Origin: an uncultured Candidatus Saccharibacteria bacterium
GTDB taxonomy: Bacteria > Patescibacteriota > UBA1384 > JAMDBS01 > CAYSHH01
Reading direction: 5' to 3'
Length of the DNA stretch: 64,000 nt
Assembly: GCA_964430945.1 (NCBI GenBank)
Contig: CAYSHH010000004.1
Span: forward strand, 334-64,333
Positions 50,841 to 60,706 of the stretch are shown here, in pieces (the first letter of the stretch is position 1; each line of letters begins with the position of its first letter). The translations under genes were made by a program, and so were the position numbers. The notes beneath the pieces were generated by a model. The model was not told the DNA's origin and made no database searches. It saw nothing but the letters and a program-made list of their open reading frames with translations.

Positions 50841-51956
50841 ATGAAAACAAAAAAATATTTACTTTGCATTCCAACTTACAATGAGGCAGAAAATCTCAAG
50901 AAACTTTTGCCTACCATCTCAAAGTTAAATCTTAAAAACACTGATATATTGATTATTGATGATAGCTCACCAGATGGATCCTCAAAACTAGCTAAAGAAA
51001 TGGATGCTTCGGGAAAAATAAAAAATAAAATTTATGTTCTTGATCGTAGAAAGAAGGAAGGTCTTGGTAAAGCATATATCGCAGGTTTCAAATGGGCGCT
51101 AGCTAGAAATTATGACTATATGTTTTCCATGGACGCTGATTTTTCACATGATCCAAAATATTTGCCCAAGATGAAAGAAAAATCAGCTGACTATGATGTT
51201 GTTATAGGTTCCCGTTATGTTCCTGGTGGAAAAATTGTTGGCTGGGAATGGTTCAGATATGCAAATTCCTATGGAGCTAATTTTGTTACTCGTATGGTTT
51301 TAGGTCTAAAACCAAAAGATGCTACAGCAGGATTTAAATGTTATTCAGCTCGATTTTTGCGATCACTAGATCTTGATAAAATTATTGCTGGAGGATATGC
51401 ATTTCAGGTAGAGATGCTGAATCTTGCTCAAGATGGTGGATTTAGTTTCACTGAAATTCCTATTACTTTTGTTGATCGTAGAGTCGGAGAGTCAAAAATT
51501 TCAGGAGAGCTTTCTCGTTCAGCCAAAACTGTATTTCAACTTGCTGCCAGAAAAAAAACTTATCGTCAATTTATCAAATTTGCAATTGTTGGAGCCATAA
51601 ATACTCTAGTTGATTGGGCAGTGTATTGGATAATAATTCATTTTACTGGTTGGAGTACACAAAATCTAAAACAAATTGCCAAAGCCTTATCTTTTATAGT
51701 ATCTGCAACCTCAAATTATATTATGAATCGCGTTTGGACATTTCGTTCTCGCGACAAAAAAGTTCTCAAGCAAGCCAGCAAATTTTTTGCCGTTGCCCTT
51801 GTTGGTTTGATATTAAATAATGCAATATTTTATGTTGTTACGGGTATTCTGCATTGGAAAGATTTTTATGGCTTAGCTGTCGCTACCGCTCTAGTACTAT
51901 TTTGGAATTTCTTTGCTAATAAGAGGTGGACTTTTAAAGAGAAAAATAATAATTAA
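50841..51956 (+). CDS. GT2 polyprenol-phosphate mannosyltransferase-like domain fused to a GtrA-like C-terminal membrane domain
   Basis: LCIPTYNEAENL, ILIIDDSSPDGS and MDADFSHDP, followed by 4 TM helices (FIKFAIVGAINTLVDWAVYW...) typical of GtrA. Confidence 0.8.
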   Translation: MKTKKYLLCIPTYNEAENLKKLLPTISKLNLKNTDILIIDDSSPDGSSKLAKEMDASGKIKNKIYVLDRRKKEGLGKAYIAGFKWALARNYDYMFSMDADFSHDPKYLPKMKEKSADYDVVIGSRYVPGGKIVGWEWFRYANSYGANFVTRMVLGLKPKDATAGFKCYSARFLRSLDLDKIIAGGYAFQVEMLNLAQDGGFSFTEIPITFVDRRVGESKISGELSRSAKTVFQLAARKKTYRQFIKFAIVGAINTLVDWAVYWIIIHFTGWSTQNLKQIAKALSFIVSATSNYIMNRVWTFRSRDKKVLKQASKFFAVALVGLILNNAIFYVVTGILHWKDFYGLAVATALVLFWNFFANKRWTFKEKNNN

Positions 51957-51969
51957 ATTAATACTAAAA

Positions 51970-53241
51970 ATGAAAAAAATTTTACTTATTCTATTGGTTA
52001 TTATCTTATTAGGTACAGTTGGATTTTATTTATTTGATTATTATCAAGATAAAAATACAAATAATTCATCTAATAAAAACAATATTGTCAATCAAGATAG
52101 TAATCTAAGTTTATCTCAGGCAAATAATCAATTTGCTTTCAAATTATATTCACAAATTAAAAAAAATGATCAGAATATTCTTTTTTCACCATATAGTATT
52201 ATGGATGCTTTCGGTATGGTTTATGAAGGATCTCAAGGTGATACTGCAAATCAAATTGCTAATGTTTTTCAATTCACAACCAATGACCAGAAAAGAAGAG
52301 ATGAGTTTTTGTCGTTTCAAAATAATCTAGTAGCTACGGACAATTTATATACACTAAGAAGTGCAAATTCTTTATGGGTTGAAAAAACTTATTCTGTATT
52401 AGATTCTTATCTTGAGGTTATTGAAAAATATTATGGTGGTGATGCTCAAAATATTGATTTTAAAAACAATCCTCAGATTTCACGTCAAACGATTAATCAA
52501 TGGGTCTCAAATCAAACAAACAATAAAATCAAAGATTTATTCGGAGAAAAATCGATTACTGAAGATACTAAATTAGTACTGGCAAATGCTATATATTTTA
52601 AGGGTGAATGGATAAATAAATTTTATCCAAATAATACGCATAATGATACTTTTACTTTAGCAAATGGTAATACTATTGATACTAAGATGATGTCTATCAA
52701 GAACGACGAAACAAATTTTGATTATTATGAAGATGATAATTTACAAGTGTTAAAAATGCCCTATGTGGGAAATAAGTTATCGATGGTATTACTTTTACCT
52801 AAGAGCAATAATCTATCATCTCTAGAGCAATCTCTTACAGATACTAGCTTAAATCAATGGCAGCAAGGATTAACAAATCAGGCAGTAAATGTTTATTTGC
52901 CTAAATTTACATTCAATGATAAATACGATTTAGTTGATACTTTAAAACAAATGGGAATAACAGATTCCTTTGACGCTAGAAAAGCTAATTTTTCTGGGAT
53001 AAGTCAAAAGAATGATTTATTTATTAATGCTGTCGAACATCAGGTATATATTGGAGTAAATGAATTAGGTACTGAAGCTGCGGCTGCAACAGGGATTGGT
53101 ATGTCAGCGACTTCGGTATCAATGGTTTCTCCAAAAGCTGTGCCAGTCTTTAGAGCTGATCATCCTTTTATGTTTCTGATTCAAGATGACACTACCAAAA
53201 CTATCTTATTTATGGGTTCAGTGAACAATCCGACCTTGTAA
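51970..53241 (+). CDS. Serpin (serine protease inhibitor), signal-anchored
   Basis: FSPYSIMDAFGMVYEGSQGDTANQI in the N-terminal region, the hinge/RCL region GTEAAAATG, and the C-terminal FRADHPFMFLI serpin signature. Confidence 0.85.
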   Translation: MKKILLILLVIILLGTVGFYLFDYYQDKNTNNSSNKNNIVNQDSNLSLSQANNQFAFKLYSQIKKNDQNILFSPYSIMDAFGMVYEGSQGDTANQIANVFQFTTNDQKRRDEFLSFQNNLVATDNLYTLRSANSLWVEKTYSVLDSYLEVIEKYYGGDAQNIDFKNNPQISRQTINQWVSNQTNNKIKDLFGEKSITEDTKLVLANAIYFKGEWINKFYPNNTHNDTFTLANGNTIDTKMMSIKNDETNFDYYEDDNLQVLKMPYVGNKLSMVLLLPKSNNLSSLEQSLTDTSLNQWQQGLTNQAVNVYLPKFTFNDKYDLVDTLKQMGITDSFDARKANFSGISQKNDLFINAVEHQVYIGVNELGTEAAAATGIGMSATSVSMVSPKAVPVFRADHPFMFLIQDDTTKTILFMGSVNNPTL

Positions 53242-53273
53242 TTATTTCACGTAAAAATTATAAAAAATAATAA

Positions 53274-54725
53274 ATGATATGGATAAATGTTTTTATTGGA
53301 GTTGTTTTAAGACTTCTCAATTTAGGAGCCCGTCCTTTTGATGGTGATGAAGGTATCATATTGAAGCTCACAGAAGGAAGTTGGAGCAATCTATTTACAC
53401 AAACCACTCATGATGTTCACCCACCTCTCTATCACGTATTAGTTAAGCTTATGACGGTTTCTGGGGTAAATGAATGGACAGCACGTATTGGTTCTGTCCT
53501 TTTGGGAATACTAGCAATATATCTTATTTATATTTTTTCTAAAAATATTTTTGATAAGAAGATCGCTTTGGTTGCATCATTTCTGGCTGCAATTTCTCCG
53601 TATCTTCTATATCCCGCACAAGAAGCCAGGATGTATGCATTATTTTTAGTATTATCGCTTTTGTCATTTTATTTCTTTTTCAAGCTGCTTTTAAAGAACA
53701 ATACCAAAGATTTCATTTGGTTGACTATTTTTTCAGTGCTTCTTCTATATACCCAATATCTAGGTTTTGTGATCATTGGCAGCCAGATAATCTATTTATT
53801 ATTTAGACGAGATCAATATAAATTTTGGAAATCCTACTTAATCTCATATTTAGCAATTGCAGTATTATTTATCCCGCAGTTTTCGACTATGATTGATCAG
53901 TTTCAGTCACGTGTTGCCGAGCAGTCTCAAGCAGTATCGCTTATCGATAATTTTAAGGGTTTAATAGGTGCGTTTTATCGTTTTGGTGCTGGTAGATTGT
54001 TTCTTGATATTAATCCAAGCAGTATAAAAGATTTAGCATCTACAAATATTTGGTTATTTATATTATTTTTAGTAAGCATATTAGTTCCATTTGGTATTTT
54101 TGGTTACGGTAAAGTAAAATTATATTTTCATGATAAGAAGAAATTTTGGCTTTTGTTTACTCCCATCGCGATAGCCGTTATGCTCGCATTGGTCTCCAGC
54201 GAAGTTGGTTCGCGAGCATCACGTTATCTTATTTATATCTATCCATTTTATATCATTGTTGTGAGCTACGCATTTTTAGACTTCTGGAAGGCTTGGTGGG
54301 GAAAGATGCTGGCCATTACTTTTATAATTATAAATCTAATGGGGATTTATACTTATTTTTCTCGTGATGTTGCATCCCCTGGAGCAAATAAAATTGCAGA
54401 TTTCATACATCAAAATTACAAAGAAGGCGATGCGATTTTGGTCCGTGGAGGATTTGGTGGAGGAGAGACATGGGTTTTGAATTATTATCTTGATCAAAAA
54501 ATACCAGCGATCTATGATATGTTCGGAGATTATCAACCGGGAAATTTGGCTGATCTTAAAGCCATAAAGCCAGAAAATAAGATAAACGAACTTCTTGAAA
54601 AATATAATACAGTATATTTCTATGATATGACTTATCAAACAAATGAAATTCCAAATTCTAAAGCACATGAATTGGGAAAAGACAAAGAAGATAAATCACT
54701 TACTGTCTGGGAAATTAATAAATAA
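53274..54725 (+). CDS. GT39/GT83-like (ArnT/PMT family) membrane glycosyltransferase
   Basis: N-terminal TM, then LGARPFDGDEGIILK (DE motif), then about 11 TM helices. Confidence 0.6.
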   Translation: MIWINVFIGVVLRLLNLGARPFDGDEGIILKLTEGSWSNLFTQTTHDVHPPLYHVLVKLMTVSGVNEWTARIGSVLLGILAIYLIYIFSKNIFDKKIALVASFLAAISPYLLYPAQEARMYALFLVLSLLSFYFFFKLLLKNNTKDFIWLTIFSVLLLYTQYLGFVIIGSQIIYLLFRRDQYKFWKSYLISYLAIAVLFIPQFSTMIDQFQSRVAEQSQAVSLIDNFKGLIGAFYRFGAGRLFLDINPSSIKDLASTNIWLFILFLVSILVPFGIFGYGKVKLYFHDKKKFWLLFTPIAIAVMLALVSSEVGSRASRYLIYIYPFYIIVVSYAFLDFWKAWWGKMLAITFIIINLMGIYTYFSRDVASPGANKIADFIHQNYKEGDAILVRGGFGGGETWVLNYYLDQKIPAIYDMFGDYQPGNLADLKAIKPENKINELLEKYNTVYFYDMTYQTNEIPNSKAHELGKDKEDKSLTVWEINK

Positions 54726-54747
54726 ACTTACGTATTGGAGATTAAAT

Positions 54748-55872
54748 ATGAAAATTGGGATTGACGCAAGATTTTATCGAAGTTCAACTGCTGGCATTGG
54801 AAGATACACTCGTGGACTACTCAAAAATTTGGCGAAAATAGACAAAAAGGATTTATACACAATTTTTATTACACCCGAAGATGATAAAGAATACGATATT
54901 GTGGCTGATAATTTTAAAAAAGTTGTTATCCCAATCGTTCATTACTCATTATCAGAACAAACAAAATTCTTAAGTTTACTTAATAAAGGTAGATTTGATC
55001 TTGTCCATTTTTTGAATTTTAATCACCCGATTATGTATAATCGTCCGTTTATTACCACTATCCACGATCTTACAATGCTCTTGTACCCAGTCGGAAGATC
55101 ACAAAAGTCTTGGATGAGAAAAGCGGCCTTTCAAAAAGTTATGAAAAACGCTGCTCAAAAAAGCTCGGAAGTTATAGCAGTGTCTAATGAAACCAAAAAA
55201 GACATTATCAAATATCTCGGTGCGCACGAAGAAAAAATCAAGGTTATCTATGAGGCATATGATGGTATTTACCACGACCAATATGCCAAATCAAAACTCG
55301 TAAATTTTAGAAAGAAATATTCTCTTACTGATAGATATATTCTTTTTGTTTCTCAATGGAGACCACATAAAGGATTGCCCGAGCTTATCGAATCATTTAA
55401 AATTTTAAAAGAAAAATACAATATTCCACACAAATTAGTAATAACTGGGAAACCTAATGAGCATTTTCCTCAAATTATTTCTTCTATTGATAAATCAAAA
55501 TTTAAAAAAGATATAGTACTACCCGGTTTTGTCCCAGATCTTGATTTGCCTCTTTTTTATAATGCCGCAGAACTTTTTGTTTTTCCCTCTCTTTATGAAG
55601 GGTTTGGACTTGGTCCACTTGAGGCTATGGCTTGTGGAACGCCAGTTGCTTCTTCAAACTTATCATGCATGCCTGAAATTTTAGGAGACGCAGCAGTTTA
55701 TTTTAATCCAACAAATGTCCATGGCATGGCCAAAACTATAAATGAAGTTCTTTCAGATAAAAATCTACGTGAAAAAATGAGTAAATCTAGCCTTCATCGT
55801 GTCAAAAAATATTCCTGGGAAAAGATGGCTAAAGAAACTCTTGAGTTATATCAAAACGTATATCGCATCTAG
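54748..55872 (+). CDS. Glycosyltransferase family 4
   Basis: MKIGIDARFY start and EGFGLGPLEAMACGTPVASSNLSCMPEILGDAA. Confidence 0.85.
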   Translation: MKIGIDARFYRSSTAGIGRYTRGLLKNLAKIDKKDLYTIFITPEDDKEYDIVADNFKKVVIPIVHYSLSEQTKFLSLLNKGRFDLVHFLNFNHPIMYNRPFITTIHDLTMLLYPVGRSQKSWMRKAAFQKVMKNAAQKSSEVIAVSNETKKDIIKYLGAHEEKIKVIYEAYDGIYHDQYAKSKLVNFRKKYSLTDRYILFVSQWRPHKGLPELIESFKILKEKYNIPHKLVITGKPNEHFPQIISSIDKSKFKKDIVLPGFVPDLDLPLFYNAAELFVFPSLYEGFGLGPLEAMACGTPVASSNLSCMPEILGDAAVYFNPTNVHGMAKTINEVLSDKNLREKMSKSSLHRVKKYSWEKMAKETLELYQNVYRI

Positions 55873-55942
55873 ATTGACTATTTTACATTTTATGGGTAAT
55901 ATTAAAATAAAATCAAGCAAAGGTACTTGGTAAGTTTTGTAT

Positions 55943-56182
55943 ATGAGCAAAAAAAACAATAAATTAACTTGCGTATTAGAAAAATACGAAAAATCTCAAG
56001 CTGTTCTCGTATTTGAAATATCAAAAGAAAATACTCAAAAAATTATTCTTCCCAAAAGGTATTTACCAAAAAATGCAAAAATAAACAGTACTCTACATTT
56101 TGAAATATATACTGATTACATGGCAGGTATGAATCAAAAAAGGATTGCTCAATACGTGCTAGACGAAATTATTAACAACTAA
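55943..56182 (+). CDS. DUF3006-like small protein
   Basis: About 80 aa, immediately upstream of a VanW gene. This pairing is typical for DUF3006, and the identification rests on that neighbourhood. Confidence 0.4.
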   Translation: MSKKNNKLTCVLEKYEKSQAVLVFEISKENTQKIILPKRYLPKNAKINSTLHFEIYTDYMAGMNQKRIAQYVLDEIINN

Positions 56183-56204
56183 TAATTAATGATTAGTAAG
56201 TGTT

Positions 56205-58331
56205 ATGAAAAAAAATAAAAATATATCTTTGACAAAAAAAGAAAAACTAGCAAGCAACCGAATTACAACAAACACTATTAAGCGAAGAAAATTTATTCCT
56301 TTTATTATTGCTGGTGTTATTTTTGCAGTTTTGATCTTTTCATATGGTTGGTATTCGCTAGTCTATGTTAATAGAATATATCCGAATGTTGTCATTGGCA
56401 GTACTGATTTTTCTGGTCTATCTCAAGAAAATGCTATAAAAAAATTGGACGAACAAGTCAAAAAGATAAACAGTAACGACATTAAGCTCATTCTTTCTGG
56501 TAATACTTGGGACATTAAAACTAGTGATATCGGTCTAAACTATGATATTGAAGGTACAATAGAAAAAATATATTCCGTTGGACGTAGAGGAAATTTTTTC
56601 GATAATCTTAAAGAACGAGTTTCCCTTCTTTTTAAAAACAAAAATATAGATGCAATTTATTCATTAGATCAAAATGTAATCAGTGGCAAACTCGCAGAAA
56701 TATATAGTGAAAATGAAACACCAGTGTCAGATGCTAAATTTATATATAGCAATGACGTAGTAACAATCGAGCCCGAGAAAAGTGGTCAAACGATTGATAA
56801 GGCAAAGCTTTATGCTGATCTTGACCAAAATTTATCTCAGCTCAACAGTGTGTATGATATCAATATCATACTTGAAGATACATATCCCAAAATCACTGAA
56901 AATATGTTAAATAATTTAAAAGATCAATATGTTCGAGCTCTTAATAACGTTATTATATTAAACTCTGAAGTAAAAAATATTACTATAAGTAAATCACAAA
57001 TTTCTTCATGGATTTATACTGCAGCAGTATTCAATGAAGATCAAACTGGATTCATACCAAAAGCACATGCAGAAGAAGAATCTGGCAATTTTTCAGCTCA
57101 ACTAGAAATAAATCAAGAAGAAATTAGAAAATTTATAGATAGTATTGCTGGAGATATCAATCACGATCCCAAGGATGCACGCTTAAGTTTTTCCAATGGC
57201 AATGTTTCTGTATTTCAAACACCAGAGAAGGGATACAAAGTTGATGAAGATCAAACTGTTGCTGATATCACAAATTTACTTATATCGCGCATGAATGTTT
57301 CGAGAGCTTCAAATGATAAAAATACAGATGAAAATAATAATATTGAATTACCGCTGGAAATTACTGATCCCGAAGTGTCTGATGTAAATTCTGAAACATT
57401 GGGAATCAAGGAAAGGATTGGAACAGGCACAACTAGTTTTTCTGGTAGCCCAGACAACAGGATTCATAATATTAAAAATGGCGCCAATATGTTTCATGGA
57501 GTTGTCATTAAGCCTGGCGAAACACTTTCCGCCATTTCAATACTGGGAAATCCTAGTGCTGAAACTGGTTATTTACCTGAACTTGTTATTAAAGAAAATA
57601 AAACACTTCCTGAATATGGCGGTGGACTTTGCCAGGTATCAACTACACTTTTTAGAGCAGCTTTAAACGCTGGTCTAGAAATTTTGGAGAGAACGAATCA
57701 TGCTTATAGAGTAAGTTATTATGAGCCGCCAGTGGGTATGGATGCTACAGTGTATTATCCTCAACCAGATTTGGTAATCAAAAACAACACAGATCATTAC
57801 ATACTTATTCAAACATCGGTAGTTGGTACACAAATAACATTTGATTTATATGGCACAAAAGATGGTCGTAATGTAGAAATGTCTGAACCAGTAGTTTCAG
57901 AGACAATTTCTCCACCAAAAGATGTATATATTGAGTCGTCTGACTTACCAGCAGGTACAATTAAAAAACAAGAAAGCTCACACGCTGGAGCAAAGGCATC
58001 ATTTTATTACAAAGTAATTAAAGATGGCAAAACATTGTTTGAAAAAACATTCAACAGTGTTTATAAAGCCTGGCAGGGTGTTTATCTTTTCGGTACTGGC
58101 ACGACGCTTCCCGATGGTGTTGACGCAAAAGATAAAGATGGCAACAAAGTTGAAGGTCAAAAAGACGCCGGTGGCAATAAATGTTCTAATGAATGTGAGG
58201 AGGGGTGGACTGAGTGTAAAGATGGTGGTATAAGACGTTGTAATAAAGACGGTGATTGTCTCAAATGGTCAGCAGTTTCCAGTTGCGGTGACGGACAGAC
58301 TTGTTCTAACAATCAATGCGTAAATCAGTAA
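56205..58331 (+). CDS. VanW-family protein with a C-terminal Cys-rich domain
   Basis: N-terminal anchor. VanW core GVVIKPGETLSAISILG...YGGGLCQVSTTLFRAALNAGLEILERTNH. The C-terminal roughly 60 aa are Cys-rich (CSNECEEGWTECKDG...CSNNQC). Confidence 0.75.
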   Translation: MKKNKNISLTKKEKLASNRITTNTIKRRKFIPFIIAGVIFAVLIFSYGWYSLVYVNRIYPNVVIGSTDFSGLSQENAIKKLDEQVKKINSNDIKLILSGNTWDIKTSDIGLNYDIEGTIEKIYSVGRRGNFFDNLKERVSLLFKNKNIDAIYSLDQNVISGKLAEIYSENETPVSDAKFIYSNDVVTIEPEKSGQTIDKAKLYADLDQNLSQLNSVYDINIILEDTYPKITENMLNNLKDQYVRALNNVIILNSEVKNITISKSQISSWIYTAAVFNEDQTGFIPKAHAEEESGNFSAQLEINQEEIRKFIDSIAGDINHDPKDARLSFSNGNVSVFQTPEKGYKVDEDQTVADITNLLISRMNVSRASNDKNTDENNNIELPLEITDPEVSDVNSETLGIKERIGTGTTSFSGSPDNRIHNIKNGANMFHGVVIKPGETLSAISILGNPSAETGYLPELVIKENKTLPEYGGGLCQVSTTLFRAALNAGLEILERTNHAYRVSYYEPPVGMDATVYYPQPDLVIKNNTDHYILIQTSVVGTQITFDLYGTKDGRNVEMSEPVVSETISPPKDVYIESSDLPAGTIKKQESSHAGAKASFYYKVIKDGKTLFEKTFNSVYKAWQGVYLFGTGTTLPDGVDAKDKDGNKVEGQKDAGGNKCSNECEEGWTECKDGGIRRCNKDGDCLKWSAVSSCGDGQTCSNNQCVNQ

Positions 58332-58447
58332 TAACTGTCTATTCTCACGAAGGTTTACAGTTTGCTAATAATTGGTTAAGTAATATATAATTAGTATGAC
58401 GATGTCATACTTTTTATTTAATATTAATTATTTTGCTAGGAGAAAAT

Positions 58448-59818
58448 ATGAAAATAGCAGAATCAATCTTTAAAGCATACGATATCAGAGGAATTTATCC
58501 AAAAGAACTCGATGAAAAATTAGCTGAAAAAATAGCTCGAGGATATGCCAAGCTTATTAAAAACGAGCTTAAGAAAAAACGCATCACGATTGTTGTTGGT
58601 AAAGACATGAGAAAAAGCTCGACTCCATTGATAAAATCTGTGATCAAGGGGCTTACAAAATCTGGCATTGATGTAGTTGATGTCGGGTTGGTATCAACTC
58701 CTACATTTTATTATGCAGTTTCCAAATACGGTTATGATGGCGGTATGATGGTGACTGCATCTCACAATCCTAAGGAATATAATGGCATTAAGATGACTCG
58801 TGCCAAAGCAGTACCTGTATCTGGTGAAACTGGTATTGATGACATTAAAAATATGGTCAAGGCTGATGATTTTAGTGATGAAAAGAAAGCGGGAAAAGTT
58901 ATTAAAAAGGCAAATGTTTTGAAAGATCAAGTCAAAGACGAGCTTAAATATGTTGATGTTAAAAAAATTAAACCATTAAAAATTGTTGTCGATGCAGCCA
59001 ATGGCATGGGGGCACAATATCTTACCGAACTTTTTAAACATCTTCCATGTAAACTTGTTAAACTATATTTTACACTCGACGGATCATTTCCCAATCACGA
59101 AGCAGACCCTTTGAAGGATGAGACACTAGACGATCTTAAGAAAAAAGTTCTTAAGGAAAAAGCAGATCTTGGTGTAGCCACTGACGGAGATGGAGATAGA
59201 ATTTTCTTTGTTACCAACGATGGTAGATCTCTTTATCAGCCAATTACTCGTGGACTTATGGCCCAAAGTTTTCTTAAAAGTAATCCCAAAGCAGTAGTTT
59301 GCTATGATATTCGCCCTGGTAAAATTACTCGAGAGATGATTATTGAAGCTGGTGGCAAGCCATCAGTTACCAGAGTCGGTCACTCTCTTATCAAAGAACA
59401 AATGATAAAAACTGGCGCAGTTTTTTCTGGTGAATCATCTGGACACTTTTTCGCGCGAGTCCCTTACGGAGTTTATGAGACACCGATGATTGTCGTTTTA
59501 AAGATGCTTGAGCTTATTTCTACTGCTGGCAAATCAATATCAGAGATTATTGAGCCATACGAAAAATATTATGCTTCTGGTGAAATAAATTCTGAAGTTA
59601 AAGATCCTCAAGCCAAGATGAAAGAATTAGTCAAAAAATATAAAAAATCTGCTAAAGATTTTACAGATATGGATGGAGTGAGTTTCGAATTTGATGACTA
59701 TTGGTTTAATGTCCGACCTTCTAACACCGAACCAAAATTAAGATTAAATTTAGAGGCAGTGTCAAAAAAAATTATGGAAGGGAAAAGAGACGAAATCCTA
59801 AAGCATATTAGATCATAA
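58448..59818 (+). CDS. Phosphomannomutase/phosphoglucomutase
   Basis: Active-site loop TASHNPKEYNGIK, metal-binding DGDGDR and sugar-binding GESSGH. Confidence 0.85.
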   Translation: MKIAESIFKAYDIRGIYPKELDEKLAEKIARGYAKLIKNELKKKRITIVVGKDMRKSSTPLIKSVIKGLTKSGIDVVDVGLVSTPTFYYAVSKYGYDGGMMVTASHNPKEYNGIKMTRAKAVPVSGETGIDDIKNMVKADDFSDEKKAGKVIKKANVLKDQVKDELKYVDVKKIKPLKIVVDAANGMGAQYLTELFKHLPCKLVKLYFTLDGSFPNHEADPLKDETLDDLKKKVLKEKADLGVATDGDGDRIFFVTNDGRSLYQPITRGLMAQSFLKSNPKAVVCYDIRPGKITREMIIEAGGKPSVTRVGHSLIKEQMIKTGAVFSGESSGHFFARVPYGVYETPMIVVLKMLELISTAGKSISEIIEPYEKYYASGEINSEVKDPQAKMKELVKKYKKSAKDFTDMDGVSFEFDDYWFNVRPSNTEPKLRLNLEAVSKKIMEGKRDEILKHIRS

Positions 59819-59831
59819 TAAGGGTTAAAAC

Positions 59832-60594
59832 ATGAAAAAATATTTAAATTATGCTCTTGCTACTCTTAAAAAAAACAGACTCAATTATTTTAGATTATTA
59901 TCATAAATCTAGTCTTGCTATTTCTAGAAAATCTGACAATAGCCCAGTTACCGAGGCAGACAAGCGTGCTGAAAAATTATTCATATCGGAAATGAAATCT
60001 CAGTTTCCAGACCATAATTTTTTTGGCGAGGAAACTGGTGGCAAATTAGACCAAAGTAAATTTACTTGGATTATTGACCCAATCGATGGTACAAAAAATT
60101 TTACCAAACATATTCCTTATTTTTCCACTTTGATAGCGTTAGTCAAAGACAGTGAAGTACTACTGGGTATTTCTCATACACCTTATTTAAAAACTACAAT
60201 GTATGCACTCAAAAGAAAAGGTGCTTTTCTAGACAATAAGAAAATCAGTGTCAGTAAAACTGATAAAATCTCAGAATCTTGGATTAATCACGGTGGGATA
60301 AATCATTTTTCACAAGGGAAATATATTAAAGGGCTGTATAATCTTTCAAAAGATTGTAATCGAGATAGAGGTTTTGGCGATTTTTGGATGCATGAACTAG
60401 TTGCTCAAGGTAAATTTGAAATTTCTGTTGAAGCTAAAACACATTTTTGGGATGTCGCATGTTTTAAAGTTATTATCGAGGAAGCTGGTGGCAAAGTCAC
60501 CGATCTTAATGGTAACCCACTTACGCCAGATAGTACGTCTATACTTGCAACAAACAGAATATTGCATAATAAAGTTGTAAAATATTTCAAATAA
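59832..60594 (+). CDS. Inositol monophosphatase family (SuhB-like), with an apparent +1 frameshift in an A7 run at 59869-59875
   Basis: IMPase motifs WIIDPIDGTKNF and later WDVAC. An ATG at 59832 with a good context gives MKKYLNYALATLKK in one frame. The conserved body is in the +1 frame, starting inside or after the A7 homopolymer. Confidence 0.65.
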
Positions 60595-60656
60595 AAATAA
60601 TGCATAAGGCAATGAATTAGATTAATTTTACGCCTTGATATTTATTTAACTGATCA

Positions 60657-60684
60657 AAAACAGGCAACTAATTGCCTGTTTTTA
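60657..60684. terminator. Bidirectional hairpin terminator
   Basis: aaaacaggcaa-ctaa-ttgcctgtttttat, between convergent genes. Confidence 0.5.
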
Positions 60685-60706
60685 TAGTCTAAAATTTTTA
60701 TGAAAT

